NCBI GenBank assembly: GCA_963674695.2
Contig: CAXXGI010000002.1
Span: 512,001 to 576,000, forward strand
Source of the DNA: a bacterium
Lineage (GTDB): Bacteria; UBA10199; 2-02-FULL-44-16; JAAZCA01
Direction: 5' to 3'
DNA: 64,000 nt
Shown: one piece after another, positions 59,991 to 64,000 of the stretch
How the letters are laid out: the number at the start of each line of letters is the position of its first letter
Position numbering within the stretch: position 1 is the first letter of the stretch
Notes under the pieces: model-generated
What the model was told of the DNA's origin: nothing
What the model saw: the letters and a program-made list of their open reading frames with translations, nothing else
The model's database searches: none
Made by a program: the position numbers and the translations under genes

Positions 59991-60425
59991 CTATTTCTTC
60001 TTTCGCGCGGTTTTCTTTTTCGCGGGTGTCTTCTTCGTTGCCGCCGGTTTTTTCTTCGTCGTGTCCTTTTTCTTCGGGCTGCGTTTTGCTGCTTTTCGTT
60101 TCGGTTTGGCGGCGCGTTCCTCGGCGGTCATCTCGTTTTCGATCGCGTCGAGAACGGAGCTGGCGACATCGCGGGCGACCTTTTCGACGGGCACCACGCG
60201 GGTGATCTCCTGGGCCAACTCGTCGGCCACCTCGATGGCGCGTGAGAAAAAATCGCCCAGGTGTGGGCGTGAGACGGAGGGGGCCGCATATTCGACGTAG
60301 AGCTTGAGAAAGCGCAGCGCCCCCTGCGAGGCGAGGAGAAGTTCCCGTCCGGCGGCGAGGATGTGGCGCTTGGTGGCCTCCATGTCGGGAATGTCATCGA
60401 CAAACGGTTTTCGTTTTGCAGTCAT
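59991..60425 (-). CDS. Hypothetical helical protein with a Lys/Ala-rich histone-H1-like tail
   Basis: Start corrected to ATG 60425 (SD GGAGGA). Tail AAKPKRKAAKRSPKKK..KKTARKKK. Confidence 0.75.
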   Translation of the reverse strand: MTAKRKPFVDDIPDMEATKRHILAAGRELLLASQGALRFLKLYVEYAAPSVSRPHLGDFFSRAIEVADELAQEITRVVPVEKVARDVASSVLDAIENEMTAEERAAKPKRKAAKRSPKKKDTTKKKPAATKKTPAKKKTARKKK

Positions 60426-60679
60426 GATCGGTTCCTCCGAAAGAGACGGTGCCCTTCGCGGGCGAAGACGATGCACCCCGCTGTGGCGAAGACGAAGAGT
60501 CCGTCGAGCAGGGTGAAATGGGTGATGAATTCGTTCCACGTTGGCATAGGGTCCACCTAGCATGTCTGCGTCATGAATGTCCAACCCTTTCCAAGGAGTA
60601 TATATGAAATAAGGAATAATATCAATGGGATATAATGTGGCTTTCTTTATGACATCATCGGGGCGCGTCATGATTATTC

Positions 60680-61105
60680 TTATTTTCGCGTGCCGGAGAA
60701 GGCGTTGACCGGCGTGGGATCCCGGTCGCGATGATGGAGGGTGATGAGGATCACGTTGACGTGCGCGAGAAAGATGAAGATCGCGGCGACGATCCAGAGC
60801 GGGAGCGCGCGTGGGCTTATGAGGAGCCAGATGCCCGCGAGCGTGAGGAGGTAACCGAGGGGAACGACCGCCTTGGTGAACTGCAGCTCGATGCCGGAGC
60901 CGTGCGGGGCATCGCGGTAGAAGCGCTTCGTGGCGCAGATTCGCAAAAAAACGTAGAGCAGGGCGACGAGGGCGACGGCGATGATGTTCGCGGTCGAGGG
61001 ATTTTGCGCGAGCAGGTGCACGCTTCCGACCGTGGCCAGGATGAGGCCCAGCACCTCCATGAGGCGAACCATCACTGCGTTGCGATGAAAGAAGAATGTG
61101 AGCAT
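60680..61105 (-). CDS. Hypothetical 4-TM membrane protein
   Basis: Four hydrophobic segments and coding-like GC3. Confidence 0.75.
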   Translation of the reverse strand: MLTFFFHRNAVMVRLMEVLGLILATVGSVHLLAQNPSTANIIAVALVALLYVFLRICATKRFYRDAPHGSGIELQFTKAVVPLGYLLTLAGIWLLISPRALPLWIVAAIFIFLAHVNVILITLHHRDRDPTPVNAFSGTRK

Positions 61106-61108
61106 ATT

Positions 61109-61254
61109 CGTGAACCGTGAACCGTGAACCGTGAACCGTGAACCGTGAACCGTGAACCGTGAACCGTGAACCGTGAACCGTGAACCGTGAACCGTGAACC
61201 GTGCATTATAACATGGTCGTGCTTGCTGTTCACCGTTTACGGTTCACCGTTTAC
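61109..61254. repeat. (GTGAACC)13 array, 23-nt loop and four inverted degenerate units
   Basis: 13 perfect units at 61110-61200. The inverted arm TGTTCAC CGTTTAC GGTTCAC CGTTTAC (61227-61254) overlaps the stop of the upstream gene. Confidence 0.96.
61205..61213 (-). promoter_or_regulatory. Extended -10 promoter element TGTTATAAT
   Basis: Perfect TGnTATAAT on the minus strand, in the loop of the inverted heptamer element and pointing at the 4-TM gene. Confidence 0.55.
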
Positions 61255-63299
61255 AGTGATTGGCATGCCGACGCGTTTGTATCCCGACACTTCTGTAACA
61301 GCGAGATGGCGTCCTCCATCTCCAGCTGCTGTCGCTGCGTCCACACGAGCGCGCGTTCCGTGATGGCGATGTGGTCGGCCAGATAGCGATCGTCCACGAT
61401 CTCGTCAGCCCCCTTCTCGTCGCGTTGCCGCACGAGCGCGTCACGGTATTGGCGCATGCTCTTGAGCTGTCTGGCGCGCAGGCGTGATTCGGCACGGGCG
61501 CGCGGGGCGAGTTTCGGGAAGAGGTGCGCGGGCACCTGCGGATGGACCTTGGTGCGGACGAAGTCGGCCACGCCGATCATCTTGATCAGCGGCGTATTCT
61601 CCGAAAGGATCTGTTCGAGCGCGGCCAGTTTTGCGGCGAGCAAATCTTCGCCGCTTGAGCGTGCGAACGGGTCGACGCCGTCCATATGGGCCGTCGGAAC
61701 CTTCAGGCCAAACCACTTCACGAGCAGCGGATAGAGGTCGACCGCACGCGCGGCACCAAAGGATCCCTTCGGCACGCTGGGGCCGGCGATCAGCAACGGC
61801 ACGCGCATATCATCGTTGGTCGCGCCTCCGTGGTTTCCTCGTTTTACCTTACGAAAGCCGAAACGGTCGCGCGTGGTGATGAAGGCGTCGCCGGCGCGTC
61901 CATCATGAAAGATCTGTGAGAGTTCGATCACCGCGTCCGGATAGCGTTCCTCGACCGTCGCCTCCCGCCAGGCACGCGTCGAGTGCGGAAGTCCATCGAG
62001 CAGAGGCGCGAGTTTCGGGTTCTCCGCATAGCCGAGCGGATCGCCGACGAGCGTATCGAAGCGATAGCTGCAATACTCCTCATGACCGATCGGAAAGCAG
62101 TCAATATCGGCGCGCTTTCCCTCATGATTGAACAGACGTGCGCTACGCTGGCCCGCGCGCACGACGAGCAGGTCGGTCGCGGGCATGGCGAGGATCGTTT
62201 CGATCAGGTCGATTCCTTCTCCATCGCTGATCTTCATTTTCCGCAGCACGTCCGGGTTCTCGATCGGTTCGAAGCCGCCGTTGTGGCGCACATAGATATG
62301 CGTGGAGGACACGCCGCGGCTGGCGGCATAGAGCGCATAGTGTTTCTTGCGCGGATTCTTCGGCTTGACGACGATGCCCTTGGCCTCGAGCGCCTTCTGG
62401 AAGCGGAACAGTTTCCCCGTCTCATGCATGCCGTGATCGGCCGATATAATGATGAAGGTCTTGTCCGCGATCCCCTGTTTCTCCAGGAGGGCGAAGAAGT
62501 CGGCGAGGAATCGATCGAACTGGACGAGCACCGCTTCGACCTCCGGGCTCTGCGGTCCATACTTGTGGCCGGAGACGTCGGAGGAGTAGAGGCCCACCAG
62601 GGTGTAGCGCGGAATGGCGGATGCTTCCCCCCCGAACTGATCGAGCACCTCGGTGAAGGCGAGCTGATCGATCTTGGAGATGTTGCCCGAGACGTAGGCC
62701 GACCAGAGCGCGGCGATCGGGGCGTTGGCCGGATGGACGAAAGAGGCCCCGCGGTTAAACGAGCTGTAGATGGCCGCGGTCGGGTGCCCGGCCAGCAGGT
62801 CGAAGATGGCGGTCGGGGCATCGAGGTCAGCGACGTCGGGATTGAGCAGTGCGCGCAGGTTGATGAGGTCCGAGTTGACGTCATCGTGTTGCGTGATGGT
62901 GAGATAGTCCACGGGTTCGCGACGCTCGCGGTCGAAGCGCTCCAGGTGCGGGATGCCCGCATGTCCCGGAAGGAGCCCCGTGGCGAAGGATTGATAGACG
63001 GTCGTCGAGGTCGTTGGAAAGAGTGAGGTCGCCCGGTGGAAGCGCGCGCCGCCCTCGACGAAGTGCTGCGCGATCGTCGGCAATTTTCCCGCGGCGAGCG
63101 TGCGGTCGAAGGCGGTCAGGTTCGTGCCATCGATGATGAAGTGCACGACGTAGACGTCGCGGATGGGTGCCGCGGCGACCGTGGCTTTGGATTCCACGGG
63201 GGAGCGGCTGCGGGCATACTTGTTGCTCGCGCCCTGGGCCGGTGGCGTCAGGGCGATGACGACGAGCGCCACCATCATGGGGAAGAAACGTTGTTTCAT
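61251..63299 (-). CDS. Alkaline phosphatase superfamily enzyme (type I phosphodiesterase/nucleotide pyrophosphatase), exported
   Basis: Signal peptide, FIIDG, SLFPTTST (Thr nucleophile), DVSGHKYGP, SADHG, GNHGG. Confidence 0.88.
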   Translation of the reverse strand: MKQRFFPMMVALVVIALTPPAQGASNKYARSRSPVESKATVAAAPIRDVYVVHFIIDGTNLTAFDRTLAAGKLPTIAQHFVEGGARFHRATSLFPTTSTTVYQSFATGLLPGHAGIPHLERFDRERREPVDYLTITQHDDVNSDLINLRALLNPDVADLDAPTAIFDLLAGHPTAAIYSSFNRGASFVHPANAPIAALWSAYVSGNISKIDQLAFTEVLDQFGGEASAIPRYTLVGLYSSDVSGHKYGPQSPEVEAVLVQFDRFLADFFALLEKQGIADKTFIIISADHGMHETGKLFRFQKALEAKGIVVKPKNPRKKHYALYAASRGVSSTHIYVRHNGGFEPIENPDVLRKMKISDGEGIDLIETILAMPATDLLVVRAGQRSARLFNHEGKRADIDCFPIGHEEYCSYRFDTLVGDPLGYAENPKLAPLLDGLPHSTRAWREATVEERYPDAVIELSQIFHDGRAGDAFITTRDRFGFRKVKRGNHGGATNDDMRVPLLIAGPSVPKGSFGAARAVDLYPLLVKWFGLKVPTAHMDGVDPFARSSGEDLLAAKLAALEQILSENTPLIKMIGVADFVRTKVHPQVPAHLFPKLAPRARAESRLRARQLKSMRQYRDALVRQRDEKGADEIVDDRYLADHIAITERALVWTQRQQLEMEDAISLLQKCRDTNASACQSL

Positions 63300-63335
63300 G
63301 GGGTTGCGCTCTTTAGCACCCGCATGTGCCGACCG

Positions 63336-64000
63336 TCAAGGGGCGCGGTTTGTGGCGGCCAGCGCTCGGCGCACGCCGTCGCGGTGAGCCGCTTCCAGAA
63401 ACGCGATCGCCTCATCTCCAGCCTGGCTCAGGATGGCCTCTACCGCCGCCTGCTGGGGGGCGTCGGCATGGACGCCGAGCCCGTCGATGGGGGTGACGGC
63501 CTGCTCGATGCGTTTGAGCTTCATCTTGATCGCATCGATCCCTGCAAATGTTTCCTCGGCGAAGGGGGTGTGGGGCTTGGGCACGAAGGGGGCGATCGTG
63601 AGCGACACATCGGTGGTGCGCGGGCCCTTCGGGGCGCATCCACGGACCGTGTCGCGGATACGGGTGGCCAGATCCACGATGGCGTCGACGTCCTCGTTCG
63701 TTTCATGCGGCAGGCCGATCATGAAGTAGAGGCGCAGGCGCGTGATACCGGCGCGGGCGAGCGTTGTCGCGGCGTCGATGATCTGCTTGTCGGTGAGTCC
63801 CTTGGCGAGCCGGCGTCGAAGGCGCTCACTGCCCGCCTCGATGCCCAGCGCGATGGAGTGTTGCCCGATCGTCGCCAAGAGCGTTGCGATCCTCTCGTCG
63901 ACGTCAGCGGCGCGCACGGATGAAAGTGAGAAGGTGGCACCGCTCGTTCGAATCTGTTCGACGATGGCGTCGAATTCCGGGTGTGACAATAAATCCGCGC
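63336..64000 (-). CDS. Radical SAM protein (TIGR03960/YgiQ-like), C-terminal part; 5' end outside the window
   Basis: SLSSVRAA, GIEAGSERLR, RLYFMIGLPHET, PFVPKPHTPF. Confidence 0.85.
   Translation of the reverse strand, partial: ADLLSHPEFDAIVEQIRTSGATFSLSSVRAADVDERIATLLATIGQHSIALGIEAGSERLRRRLAKGLTDKQIIDAATTLARAGITRLRLYFMIGLPHETNEDVDAIVDLATRIRDTVRGCAPKGPRTTDVSLTIAPFVPKPHTPFAEETFAGIDAIKMKLKRIEQAVTPIDGLGVHADAPQQAAVEAILSQAGDEAIAFLEAAHRDGVRRALAATNRAP

Overview
High-GC bacterial chromosomal window. The gene content (Myxococcales-type PilZ, PhaR-like regulator, GGGC-type C-terminal sorting motifs, sigma54 promoters) suggests a deltaproteobacteria-like lineage such as Myxococcota/UBA10199; this is inference only. 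About 60% of the window is one uninterrupted 38.4-kb ORF (14741-53167, 12,808 aa) behind a well-spaced sigma54 promoter. It encodes a signal peptide, an acidic stalk, thrombospondin type-3 repeats flanking a low-GC insert, and five complete plus one degenerate ~1,400-1,550-aa super-repeats separated by Cys-rich linkers. Each complete repeat has two cohesin-like domains, Ig/BIG-like domains and one dockerin-like EF-hand pair, and its first half resembles the eukaryotic TMEM132 ectodomain. No catalytic domain is recognisable, and the C-terminal GGGGGCSC motif is cut off by a heptamer repeat. This is the best candidate for an undescribed system. The flanks hold a cobalamin riboswitch-btuB-lipoprotein unit, an orphan methyltransferase, a choice-of-anchor-D surface protein, a sigma54-driven acidic lipoprotein, ssrA/smpB, panBC/dgk, rsmA/tsaD/cpoB/pal, a pseudo-receiver/PilZ pair, PhaR-like genes, an NPP-type phosphodiesterase and a partial radical SAM gene. 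TGTCA-tagged REP elements, a 132-bp MITE and 7-nt tandem repeats are scattered throughout; the heptamers repeatedly overlap stop codons, a 5'UTR and the rsmA coding sequence. All domain calls come from motif recognition by eye; no searches were run.
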